A stretch of DNA of 48,891 nucleotides, the filler included, from Basidiobolus ranarum (Eukaryota): assembly GCA_040143965.1 (NCBI GenBank). It is 2 parts of 2 records of this genome, joined end to end, with 100 filler letters (N's around TTAATTAATTAA, not from the genome) between each part and the next. Parts side by side here need not be neighbours in the genome. Positions count along the whole stretch, not along the records: positions 1 to 24,425 come from JASJQH010007029.1; 1 more part is not named here. One strand, written 5' to 3'. The notes under the pieces were generated by a model. The model was given only the letters and a program-made list of their open reading frames with translations, was not told the origin of the DNA and did not search any database. Made by a program: the position numbers and the translations under genes. This document shows positions 11,936 to 23,801 of the stretch, one piece after another. Numbering within the stretch: position 1 is the stretch's first letter; every line of letters starts with the position of its first letter.

Positions 11936-13244
11936 ATGAACCCTAGTCCTTTAGCAACCAAACCTTTATACCGTAAACGTCCCCGTCCAGATACCGTAGG
12001 GCGACACCCACTCTCTAATACAGTAGCTCTATCCTCTAATAAAACTTTTGGTAAATATGAAACAATCGTTTACTCCTCGATAGCCATATATTAATCTTTC
12101 CTCTGTCTCACCAAACCTAGAAACTCGAGAGGGTGCAGTAAAGTCAGTCGCGGTTTTTGTTATTCCATTCATGTAATTTTTGTCTTCGATTCCGTTACTA
12201 ACTATTATGTAAGGGTTCCTTTTTGCCAGGGATTTACGATGGGTATTACAAGACGAATTAACACAAGAAGCACAATTATTGAAAGATCTTCATTATAAGA
12301 TTACCGATCAATTGTCACGCTTACAAGTATACCATATTCACAATATATGAACTCGCTTCAACTGTTGAATAACCAGACCACTTTTATAAAAGGTTGAGGA
12401 AGCGGTACTTACTATGATGTATAAGGGACCAGAGTTATCTGACCAAATTGAACAGGTATACTTTAAATGAATATTTGTATCAGGTTCGATTCCGAATTAA
12501 TTCTAGTCTTTTCTTCGTAGCATCCTGGTGAAGATATATCCACGATATCTCTGGAAACTTCACTTGGTGACCATTTAATTGAAGCAGAAACGGTGACGAA
12601 TAATGCACTTTCTTCTATTTATATAGAAAACCATCGAAATTCCAAAGATCTTTTCGAACATTCAAATAGTGGTGAGACCATGGAATATGTTGATGTGATG
12701 AATGAAGCAAATACTGGCAGTCCAAGCAAGGTAATTTTTATCTATTTACCTGTATTACCAAGTCTTGAACTGACTTCGTTCAAAGGAACACACTCATCTG
12801 GAACTAGATACTGAAACTCTGCTTGAACAAATGCACGAAAGTCAGCAGAGTATGATGGATGACATTTTCGATGCTAAGCAGACCGAAGATATTTTGAGAA
12901 AAGTGAGACTTGGTTTGGAGTTTGGCAATGATGAGCAGGAATTGGCTGATATAGAAGAGGCTATACAGTCACTTCCCGGAACACCCGGAATCCACTACGA
13001 AGAATCCGATATCCCTATGGTGGACAATTTACTTACCGTTGATGATAACCAAGAGCCAGAGCCAGAACCAGAGGAATCTGAAGAGGAATATGAATCTGAA
13101 GGTAACCTTCCTTTCTATATCTACAACACTCACTTGTTATTGACCATCGTGTTTCTAGATTATGCAGAGGAAGAAGATGAGGACGACGAAGCAGCGCGAC
13201 AAGCACTTAGTCAGATGCTAGCCAAATACGGAGATCTCGCTTAA
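11936..13244 (+). CDS. Multi-exon protein with SNAPC5/SNAP19-like coiled-coil and acidic C-terminus (about 7 exons)
   Basis: ATG at 11936. Exons ~12230-12326 and 12393-12455 splice to DLRWVLQDELTQEAQLLKDLHYKITDQLSRLQVEEAVLTMMYK. Later introns 12456-12520, 12731-12785 and 13102-13158 keep the frame to TAA at 13244. Intron 2 boundaries are ambiguous. Confidence 0.7.
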
Positions 13245-13515
13245 TCTATTCGGAGCTAAGGTTGGACGGTTAAGCTTTAGAGCAGAATAAGTTAGAGTTG
13301 GTGCCAACAAAATTTCAAATCATCATTAAAGATCTTAGTGTTAGGTCATCTCTCTTGTATAAATCAACCAAATAAATCAACATTTAATGATGAGAATAAT
13401 CTAATACTTTTCAGTAATTTGAATGGAAGGGTTAGGGTTATAAAAAAAATTCAATATGATGATATTTGGTTAGGGTTATATGGTTGAATGGTCGGCTTTT
13501 TCATTGTATTGAATA

Positions 13516-14682
13516 ATGGAGGATAACGGATTCACACTTTTCAAGTACAATTCTCGAAAGAATCAGAATCGACGTAAACGTCGCACAGATATCAAACAAG
13601 TATCTGCAGACAGCGTTATAGAACTGGTGGAAGATAGGGTGTAAGTGTACTTAAAACTCGACCATTCTCTCCAATTCTCGGTTGTTTCTAACGCTTTCAA
13701 AAGAGATACTTTAAAACATAGCGAATTTTATTCGCAACTAAAAGGTGACCCTTGAAGAAACTGTTTATTTCTCTGTAGTAGTTGGTTGAAACTAACATGG
13801 TGTTTTCTTAGAAATCATTGAAACTTGTCACATTTCAAACTTGGAAGATATTATTTGTTATGGTGTGGGGTCTTTCGAACAATCACGTACCTCCCAATTT
13901 CAACTTGGATTAGTGTTATTACTTCGGGAATCACTTAAAGTATGCAATTACTCTTCCATTTTCTTCGCCATTTAAGCAAATTCTAAACAGAATATAATAG
14001 ATCAAGGGTAAAATGTACAGTTATGATCCAGTGTTAACAAAAATCGACCTAGAGGTGCTTCAACATTACGATATCGAACTGATTAAAGTCAATGAGGTAA
14101 TTACTTGATTTACTCGTTTGTCTACTTCGTCAAAAGCTCAATGGAATTTCTTACACTTTATAGCAAGCGAAACGCAAAGTCACCGCGCTCACACTGTTCT
14201 ACATGCCACATTGTGGAAAAACACTATACAATAATGTATTGGCGTCCAATTGGTCACGTGAAGACATCAAGAATGTTTTACTCGTTGGAAATCGACTAGA
14301 GATGTATCATGAAAAGTTGGTTTCTATTTCAAGGCGATGGTTACTTCCATTATATTACAAAACTAACCAGATTTTCGAAATTCATTAGTGAACCCACATC
14401 AAAGTTACGCCGTGAAGTTCCGCATATCTTGGAGATATCCTTTTTATAATGGATTCACTTGTTCATATTACCAATATCCCCATTCTTATCTTTAACCTGA
14501 CTTCTTTTCACGCTCTTGACTTGATCAAATGCTCACCGTTTCCCGAAGAATTCGATACCAACACGATCTTTAACGATACCTGTCTTCATCAATTTCTACC
14601 TGAGAAGGTCGAAGCAGCGGAAGACAGTGTATTTGAGGTGGAAGCAGTCGCTGAGCCTGAGAATGACCCAGAGCTGATATGA
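13516..14682 (+). CDS. SRR1-domain protein (SRRD/Ber1-like), 7 exons, last intron AT-AC
   Basis: Spliced motifs IICYGVGSF, SQFQLGL, YDPVLTKID, TLFYMPHCGKTLYNNVL..NW, LLVGN and IFNDTCLHQF. Confidence 0.88.
14435..14511 (+). other. U12-type (minor spliceosome) AT-AC intron, 77 nt
   Basis: 5' end ATATCCTTT, branch TCTTTAAC ~16 nt before the 3' end TTCAC. Removal joins ...HILE|ALDLIKC in frame. Retention gives an immediate TAA. Confidence 0.85.
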
Positions 14683-14839
14683 GGGAGCTTAATAGACGTC
14701 TTTATTTAGTTAATTACAACTTAATTTATTCTTTTGTATAGATGCGTCTGGGTATAGGTGTGCGTATTGTTAAAATTAACGCGAGCTCAATAAAATTATC
14801 ACGTAACACAACATGAAGCCTTCAACTTCACAATGAGTA

Positions 14840-16157
14840 TCAAAGTATACCCAAAGAATGTATTTGATTACCAATTTTGCATTTTACTTCGTTCACTGGA
14901 AAGACGAATTCGCCCAGTTCTTCTTCAAACTCTTGAAGTTTCGAGCAAGTATGTGAGTTGATGGTTTCTCCACCAACGGCCCAGGCAACACTGGTATGAA
15001 ATCGAGGAGTCTACATAATTAATTGGTCATTAAAAGGGGATTGCTTCAATGACTTCGTTATGTCACATAAGTACCTCATAGAACATCGGTAACCGGAACT
15101 GCTCAAAGACCTGATCAATGCAATCTACATATTCCCGAAGCTATAAGAAATATTTAGTCAAACCACGCTTGAACCACTCGTTATTTAAACCTAAAAATCA
15201 TCACATACCTCTTTGGAGCCAGACCCAACCTCAAGACTTATAAAAGATCTAGTCTGCTCGTCATTAGAAAAGTGTACGATCTTAGAGAATGTGAGCAACA
15301 TTCTATATTCAAATAAATTTTAAGCTATTGAACTTGATAATATGGAATCTCTACCAAAGTCACCTTTTTCTTTCGCTAAGTCTCTCCCTTAGTAGTCTAA
15401 TGAATCGGTCTATGTGGAATACTTTTAAAAAGACGGTCCTTGATAAACTAACATGATATGCTTCAGTTTTAGGAGCAAAACTACGGATATTTGAGTCTAA
15501 ACTCTTGGCTTTCTCGTTGATTCTTTCAATTAATTCTATAAACTCTGAATTTAAGCTCACTAAAACAAGTTAACTCTTGAAACTTGGATACAAGAACATC
15601 AAGTCTCAATTACCATCTATGTACACATAAGTGGCCCAATTACCAACTACATGGGGTGTGGTACGGAGTCTTCCTTCATGTAAGCTCGGATTATCCGATT
15701 CTCGGGCTAATAGAAAGAACAAAGCTGTTACCACTTCATTCACCTGATAGAAAAATAGAACTTGATTGACTCACTCTTCTCTTTAAAAAGATCTAAAAAT
15801 TCACTAGGTAAGGGTGGTAACTTCTTCTTCCTAACGAAAAAACTCAACCAATAAATGGGAAAATCCAGGAGAAAAATATCAACCGAGTAACTAAGAGTGT
15901 TTTCTGATAATAACAACTTAAAACTTCATTCCTTTTAATAATAAAGTTGAAAAGTTTTTGGGCTACAGAAAACTCGATCTCTATTTCGGTGTAAATATGT
16001 ATATTTACCCTAGTTCAACTTCTGCCTCTTCTCTATCTTTACGTTTCAATTTGCTATCATTTACGGTTACTTTTTTATCTATCGTATTAAGGGATTGTGT
16101 GTTGGCTTCACTTTCAGACTCGGAAGAGCTTCCGTAATCTACAAGACCGGAGAACAT
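14840..16157 (-). CDS. USB1: U6 snRNA 3' phosphodiesterase (2H family), 7 exons
   Basis: LVDYGSS start, HEGRLRTTPHVVGNWATYVY, two HxS motifs (YHVSLSRT, FHTSVAW), FSNDEQTRSFI and CKIGN. Six GT-AG introns keep the frame. Confidence 0.92.
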
Positions 16158-16989
16158 GTGTAATATAGTTGATGGGATGCAATTCAGTTTATTGTTTACC
16201 TCTTGAGTCACGTGCTAAGCTCTAATTTATCAAATATAGAAAAAAGCAAGTGTTTTTGGTAAGATTTAACCATCTTTCACTTTGGCTAATGCATGCAAAC
16301 TGTCCCCCAGTATCTTCCTAAAGCGTCCTCACATCGCGCACATTCTATAAGTCGACAATTTTGGTATGTCACCACGGTTATCCCCTCTTACACAGGTATA
16401 GACATAGGGGTCAGATTAATGATAAATAAACAAAAAGTACGCTGAGAACCCATGATGCTACAAAGTCAGTTGGTGTTACTGGCTTACCTGTCAAGGGCAG
16501 TTTTTTAAGGGTAGTTTGAAATATCACAGTGGGAAAGCACTCTGGAAATACAAAAGAACAAACAAGGGGTTCCTCTTCTGGTTACGTTGCCAACTATATA
16601 TTGATATACACCTACCTTGTAAGTGATCGGACTACCAATCGGAGAAGATACTTCCAAACTAATCCACATACTAGTATCTTCGAATCGCAATTTACCCGAG
16701 ACCCTTCTTCAAGAAGTACAAAAGAAATGGGAAATAAAGTTCACTTGGTTTCATTACAAATAATCAACCAGATTTGGGGAGCAAGCGCGTCTTAAATATT
16801 GAACCGTACCGAATTTACGTGTGGTACAATGACCTTGGCCAATAAGGAGAAGAAATGCCTTTATGTGGAACCTCCATATCAACAATAGATTAAATGGATT
16901 AAGCTGTCATTTTTTTTAACTGGTGAGTGATCTCCCACTCCCTTAAATATAAGATGTTGTACACGTTGTGAGCCAACAGTATTTCTCTG

Positions 16990-18685
16990 ATGAACTCTCA
17001 TAATCGTTTGGCTGTACGCCAGGTATGTAGCTTGACCTGCCTCTTTTACTCCAGTGTCTCTAATGTGATCCTTTCTCCCCTAGTTCTGGCAGGAGAATCG
17101 GAGCCGCTTCCTGGTAGATTGGGTGGTCACACCTATCACCATCGTTATCATATTAGCATATGTTTGGTGTATGAACCAGCTGATTAAGCTCACGCCCATT
17201 GACTTTCCTGCTAGTGTAAGTACCCGGACAGATATACATTCTAACCGTGCCGAAGCTGACTCAAGTTTCTGTTTGTAGGTGGCATGCATGATTCTAACAT
17301 TCATACTTCTACTAATATGCAATCTGATCACCGCTCGCTATACCCAAATGTTCATCAATACATTTTCTCCGGCGGTGGACTTCTTACTGAAATGGATTAA
17401 CGTTCTCTTTTGTCCAGCTTTCATTCTAATCCCCAATAGCAAGTCCATCTCATCGAAAGAGTTTGGTATGGTGTTCGGAGTATTTGGTAAGTAATGGAGT
17501 GTTTCTTATCCAAAGGAAATAGATTTACTTAACAATTACTTTCTAGCAATTGGTCTATTGATCTCAACCATTGCAACTGCTTTGACCGTCAACGCATTTA
17601 AAAAATTGAAAACAATCATCTTTAAAAAGCCCCAGGCTTCAACTGAAGTGGAGTCTGGAGATCTCGAGAAGGCCAGTGCAATTGACCTACCAGAAGAGGA
17701 TGACTCCACATTAAATGAAAGAGAAAGGAACCCCAAAGAAACCTCGCCACCGGCAAACGATAAATCTATGAACAAGCTGAGTGAATTATCTGAGTTGAAT
17801 GAAAGTGGAAGCAAACTCAAGAAATTCCTGGGAGATTATGCCAATCCTATGATTTATTTCACCGCGTTTGTCCCTTCGTTTATAGTGTATTTGGTGACGG
17901 ATCAAGAATTACCAGTTCAGTTAACCTTGAACGTACTAAGTTTTTATGCTGCTTTGGCAGTGCCAGCAAGGATCCGAAGATTCCTTCACCCTATTATTAC
18001 CTGTTCTGGACTCATGATTTTCTTCATTTATATCCTTGGATTGATGAAGGGTCTCACTTTGACCCATGGCTTAGATACCTTCTCAACAGGTACACGTTAC
18101 CTAGTTCTACTTGACCCTACACGTACAGAATCAGTTCCTCAACCTGGGGCTGGAGACGTGCTTTATTCGTTACTTGAAGGCAGTATCGTATCCCTGTCAT
18201 TTAACATGTTCAAATACCGTAGAGAACTTCGGGATCATGCCTTCGAGATGATTCCTACCATTGGAATTATTAGTTGCGCTTCCTTATTTTTATATCCACT
18301 TATTGCGGGAGCCATGAATCTCCCAACCAATGTTGCACTTCCATTTGCTGTCCGAGGAATTACCACACCACTTGCCATTAATATTGAAACGGTACTTGGT
18401 GGTGATGTTAATACCACGGTGATTATGGTGATTGTCACGGGAATTCTTGGTGCAGTCGGTGGTCAATGGTTTTTAAGAAAATTGGGATTTAGTGAGGATG
18501 ATTATATCACCATCGGTGTTACATTGGGTTGTAACGCAAATGCAGTCTCTACCGCCGCTTTGTTAGAATCCAATTTAAAAGCCGCTGCCATAGCTTCTTT
18601 GAGTTTCGTACTGTTTGGAACCATTCCAATTATATTGGTCGCCATACCATCTATCACCAATGTTATCAGGGGATTCGCCACTTGA
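16990..18685 (+). CDS. LrgA/LrgB (CidA/CidB)-like fused multi-pass transporter, 4 exons
   Basis: N-half FPASVACMIL...FLLKWINVLFCPAFILIP is LrgA-like. C-half FAVRGITTPLAI, VTGILGAVGG, IGVTLGCNANAVSTAAL is LrgB-like. GT-AG introns link the ATG at 16990 to the 17558-18685 ORF. Confidence 0.85.
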
Positions 18686-19017
18686 ATGAGTAAGAATATT
18701 TAACTATAGAGGGTTTAATAATATTCACTGTATATATTAATACTGGAAGGAAGGAGTGTAATTTAAGGTTTTTATTATGTTATGTAAAAATCCAATTGAC
18801 CTCTATTACGAATATGTCCATGAATCTCATAAATATCGATATTTTACTTATGTCAATCGTATCATACTTTCAATTGTTTTGGAATTTTATTTCCATGGCA
18901 TTCATTGATTTTCGAGGGTTGAGGGTTCAGGGTTCAGGGTTTGGTTTTTTATCAACCTTTTCAAATTCTTGGTATAAGTTCGAGATAGAAAACCGTGTCA
19001 GTTAAAATCTCTGTATA

Positions 19018-21153
19018 ATGAGTAACATTTATATACAAGAACCGCATACGAAGTATTTTCTCTAGTTTTATTCTTTCTTCTTAAAACCAAGAAATCTCTG
19101 TTAACTTGGGTCCCCCTTTTGTATTCATTAGCGGTAAAGTGGTGATAGAAACTAGTTCTGGTGAAATAGAAATCGAATTATGGTCTAAAGAAGCTCCAAA
19201 GACTTGTAGAAACTTTATACAATTATGTTTGGAAGGATACTATGTTGGTACAGTGTTTCACCGAGTTGTACCTAATTTTATAGTACAAGGTGGTGATCCT
19301 ACTGGTACTGGAACAGGTAAATTAGTTTGGAGAGTTTGAACTCAAGAGAGCTTTGGAGTTTTCTTGAAATTAACGGCTTATCTTTACCCTTATAAAGGTG
19401 GTGAATCTATCTATGGTGAACCTTTTGTAGACGAATTTCACTCGCGTTTACGTTTCATTAGACGTGGTTTAGTAGCTATGGCTAACTCCGGAGTCAACCA
19501 AAACGGTAGTCAGTTCTTTTTCACCTTAGATCGTACTGACGAGTTACAAAATAAACATACGATTTTCGGAAAGGTAAATGCGTCGTTATTCTCCCTTTTC
19601 TTCTCTTAAAAACTTCTAAACTTTATGGGATACTTTTAGGTGGTAGGTGATACAATATTTAATGTATTAAAGATCGGTGAAGGTGAAACAGACGAAGATG
19701 AACGTCCACTTTATCCTACTACAATTAAAGCCACTCGTGTCATATCGAATCCATTTGATGATATCGTACCAAGAATCACTATTGAAGAAAAAATCGCTAT
19801 GGAAGCAGCAAAAGCAACTCAAGCAAAAGTAACTACGAAGAAGAAGGCAAAAAAGTAATATTTCCATGATAATTCTCCACCACTTTTCACACTTTTCACT
19901 AATGAAAATTTATCTTAATTTACACGTTTAGAAATTTGGCTTTATTATCTTTCGGTGAAGAAGCTGAGGAGTTCGAAAATGTTCCAGTAAAGAAAATTCA
20001 AAGTAGTCACGATGTCCTTGACGATCCTCGACTCAGTAAAGAGGTTTTGATTCAAACTAACGAGGAAGTGGACCAAAAAGTAGGCTTATCTTCATTTTTC
20101 TTCTGCGATCTTCGTCACTGATTTGTTTAAAAGCTCAAGAAATTGGAAGAAACGAAGGATTATGTGCGTCAAATTGAACAGAAGGTTAAGCCCACTAGTG
20201 CTGAGAAACAGGTGGAAGGTAATAAAGAGGAAGAGCAGGTCTCAGCCCAGGAGTTTGATCGTATGATGCGTGATCAAGTTAAACGGAGACACAAGAACTC
20301 CTCGAGCTCAGAAGAGGAAGATTCTGACGGAGAGCCACGAAAGAAACCAAACAAATCAAGGTAGATGCTGATTTTTTCCAACTCCATATAATGAATCTCT
20401 TCTCAATCCGTTATCTTCAGTAGTACTCAGAGCGCTATAGAAAAACTGACAAGTGATATTCGAAAAATCGATCAATCCAGAGAAAAAATTCAAGATCGAA
20501 GGGAACAAACAGATAAAAAGAAGAAAGTCTCCTTGTTAGAGTTGGAAAGACAAAAATACCAAACAAGTAGCAAGGCTATAGTTGGAAAGAGTGGTCGTAA
20601 AGGGAGGTCAGAGGAAGAGGTATGTCTTGTAAGAGAATTTTCTTGAAAAGTCAAGCGATTCACTGGTATTTTCTTTCCTTAGACTTTAGCTAAACTTTCA
20701 GCATTTACGAGTAAACTTTGGAGTGCTCCAGTTGAGGAAACAAAAACCAAAGATGAAATGGAAAAGGAGCTAGAAGGCCAACTCTGTATGTTGCATTCTG
20801 TTCCCCATTGTCTTTCTTGCAATGACACATTTGGACAGCAGGTGGAGGAGACTGATGAAGGATGGCTAAGCCATAAATTGATTTTCACCAAGGATCTCAA
20901 AGGAAAGGATTTGATGCAACGTAAGGACGATATCAACGATTATGTTGTTATTGATCCTCGTGCGCGGAAAGAACAAGCTCTAGAAGAGGATAAGAAGAAA
21001 AGAGATGGTAAAAACAGCATTTCAACAGTGTTTCGATCTGATTCTCGGAAACGGGAAAAGGGCGATGACCGAGATAGTGATAGGTATCGTTCCAGAGGTG
21101 ATAGAGATCGACGCGACCGTGACCGTGATAGATATGACTCTCGTCGAAGATGA
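19018..21153 (+). CDS. CWC27: Spliceosome-associated cyclophilin CWC27, 8 exons
   Basis: [91 protein letters not shown] and an RD-rich tail. Confidence 0.95.
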
Positions 21154-21562
21154 TTGCTATTCGATTAGAGAGCACCGAGATGGTGAATGATCAATCAGAG
21201 ATTTGAAACTGCCAGAAGTGGCTCATCATATGTTTGTGAATATGGATTAGTGACCACACTCTTGTTTCTGACTCTATAAAGAATAAAATCTTCATTGATT
21301 ATACTCTGTGTGCAACTTGGATCTACAGTTTTAGTAAAGTGGAAAATGGATCTATAGGCTGTACCGAAATGCTTCAAAAGTGTTTTTGAAACAATACTTT
21401 CCCTCAACATCTTCATAATTTGCTAAATGTTAATGAAAAGGAATGTCTGGATCAAAAATAAAACTGGAAGGTATTGTATCCCTTATAGCTGCCTACAGAT
21501 GCTATACAAGCTGATTGAATCAAATGAGGTGGCACCAAATCTTTGAAATTGAGAGCAAAAGT

Positions 21563-21850
21563 TGTTAGTATTTGGGAGCCTGTTGGTAATGGGTAATATC
21601 TTAGTGTAATATAAGATAACTAAATACTGAGCTATATATGACTATATAGATGTTTAGGCAATGCTAATTTCAACAAAGTCTACCCCCATGATGTCAAGGT
21701 CCTCCAACAAGAGGTTTACTTGGTGCTAGTCAGCAAGAGATATATGGGACATGTAATTGTTGAAGTGTTTTGGGAGTTTGTTGGAAGTGGTTTGCAGAAC
21801 TAGAAGAACTGGTGATTTTCACTTATTGATTTATTATGTATAAAGTGGAC
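21563..21850 (+). repeat. Cluster of solo-LTR fragments: internally deleted family-1 copy 21563-21675, family-2 end 21676-21709, family-1 start 21758-~21850
   Basis: Direct matches to 26184-26512 (TATTTGGGAGCCTGTTGG; GTTTAGGCAATGCTAATTTCAACA) and to the end of 25670-25913 (AAGTCTACCCCCAT..TCCTCCAACA). Confidence 0.8.
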
Positions 21851-22251
21851 ATAGACAGAAAAACTGCATGCCAAAAAATGAATCAGTTTTGAGCGATAGT
21901 GTATCTTACAATACAAAGTGTGGCAGAATCACCTTCCTAGTATCAGAAACTATTATTTGGGTTCTTATTACGCCGGGTGTTAATTGTGACATTAAATCAT
22001 TACAGAGATATTGACATTTGAAAGATTCAAAAGAAAAAAAAGGAAATCAGTTGTGAGCTCCGTTGTACCAATTTCAAATTCAGCCATTTTCTACTCAAAT
22101 TTAATGACATGAGATTTTCCACGGGCGTTACATAAATAATGTATAGTTCTGGCAAGTGCTATGAGGAGTGTTTATTTCAAACTAATAGTACATATGTGGA
22201 ATTAAGACAAAAAGTATATAAATTGCCATTGGGAATATCTACAATCAGCAT

Positions 22252-23298
22252 TTAAATACTCACTGCATGGGGTATAGACGGGTAATTTAGAGGATCAGGG
22301 TAATCAAGAGCATCAGGATAGCCAAGTGACTCTGGGTAACTTGGTGGATTATCTTCATGTATGGCTTCGTACTCAGGTAGCAATTCAATCTCTACAGGTG
22401 CAACAGCATTGTGGGTAACCCTGTTGTTGATTTTTCGCACAATGCATATAGGCAATCTAGCTTTTATATGCCTGATTCGACCATCCAATTCAACGGTAAT
22501 TTTGGTCTGGAGTTGATGTGAGACTTCTACATAGGAAGAAGTCGAATCGAAATGAACATTCTTGTAGGATCTATCTATTCCAAGTGAAAGAGTGCTGGAT
22601 ACTGCGTCTCTGGATATATTCTTGAGAAGAGTACTCACAAATCTATTGATGCAGCAATTGACTCCAGCAGGATAGTCTCCCGGATCTTTATAAGTTGTAA
22701 TCTCATATACACCTGCCCAGACACTGATTAACTTACAGCTGCCACCTCGAACGTTGTGCTTGAATGTGATAGGAATGGTGTCGCTGGGAATATACTCGTG
22801 TTTAGGGATAATTATCTCATAATCAACCATATCCTTCCAGGTGTTTTCAATATGAGTGTTGCACACTGCAGACATCATTGCGCCAATATCTTGGTGAATA
22901 TACACCTCTCGATCAGTTTTTAAATTGGAGGCAAACAGTGGTGTCTCTACCATCGCTTTTAAATGGTATTGAATCGATGCATAGTCTACATACAGTGAAT
23001 CCGGAAGATCAGCAGGAAGTGCAAGTTCAAAATCATAAACATATTCTCCAGCGCAGAATAACTTGAGGTTCTGATGAAAATCCCATTTGTGGTCAATGAG
23101 GGTCGTAATGCAGCTTTGGATTCGTCCCTTCCTCATTACAAGCGAACCTTTGAAACAAAGGTTAATATTCTGCACCTTAATAGGCGTAGATGGAGTGAAA
23201 ATGAGCTTTCCCCTCAAAATAAATGGGGACTGATTATCATCAAAGATACTCTTGAACATAACATCTCTTTCAAGTTCGATTGATAACTTCGGACTCAT
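22252..23298 (-). CDS. Alpha-arrestin (ART-like) adaptor, copy 1
   Basis: Arrestin-N motifs LRGKLIF, GEYVYDFELALPADLPDS and IQYHLKAMV, arrestin-C-like EVSHQLQ, PY-type motifs LPEY and PPSY. ATG at 23298. Confidence 0.85.
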   Translation of the reverse strand: MSPKLSIELERDVMFKSIFDDNQSPFILRGKLIFTPSTPIKVQNINLCFKGSLVMRKGRIQSCITTLIDHKWDFHQNLKLFCAGEYVYDFELALPADLPDSLYVDYASIQYHLKAMVETPLFASNLKTDREVYIHQDIGAMMSAVCNTHIENTWKDMVDYEIIIPKHEYIPSDTIPITFKHNVRGGSCKLISVWAGVYEITTYKDPGDYPAGVNCCINRFVSTLLKNISRDAVSSTLSLGIDRSYKNVHFDSTSSYVEVSHQLQTKITVELDGRIRHIKARLPICIVRKINNRVTHNAVAPVEIELLPEYEAIHEDNPPSYPESLGYPDALDYPDPLNYPSIPHAVSI

Positions 23299-23801
23299 TT
23301 TCAAAGGGCTTGTAGTTAAATTTCACCAGTACAGAGTGTATGATTTTTCAAGTTGTAGTAAAGAATGAACACTTTCAATTCCAGCGGAAACTAAGTCTTT
23401 ATGAACGAAAATCTGATCATTTTCTTGAAATAAAATTATGCTATCGATTAGGATTAGACTCCACCATGTAACATGATCCATGCCATGCGAAGTATTAATA
23501 CATCTCACTACTATTTACGGTCTGAACATTTGAAGTCTGCTCCCTTGATTGCCGTTTCAGGTCAATCTTGGGATGCCACCGATCATCCAGATTCACTGAA
23601 CCAGCCACTTGTAGGACAGACGTCATCGTCTTACATCAAATCACATTGGATCAATATCCTCATTCGTATGAGATCAAGGTCATTCAGATATATGTACTTC
23701 TGGCAAGTGCTCTGGAGAGTGTTTATTTTAAACTATTAGTACATATGTGAGGTTAAGAAAAAAGTATATAATTTAGCATTGGGAATATCTACAATCAGCA
23801 A

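Noticed and set aside
12483-12495. GGTTCGATTCC, a tRNA T-loop/B-box-like motif
   Set aside because: Lies in a 65-nt intron with no cloverleaf or A-box.
16482-16560. CTTACCTG resembling the U1 snRNA 5' end
   Set aside because: No U1 stem-loops or Sm site follow.
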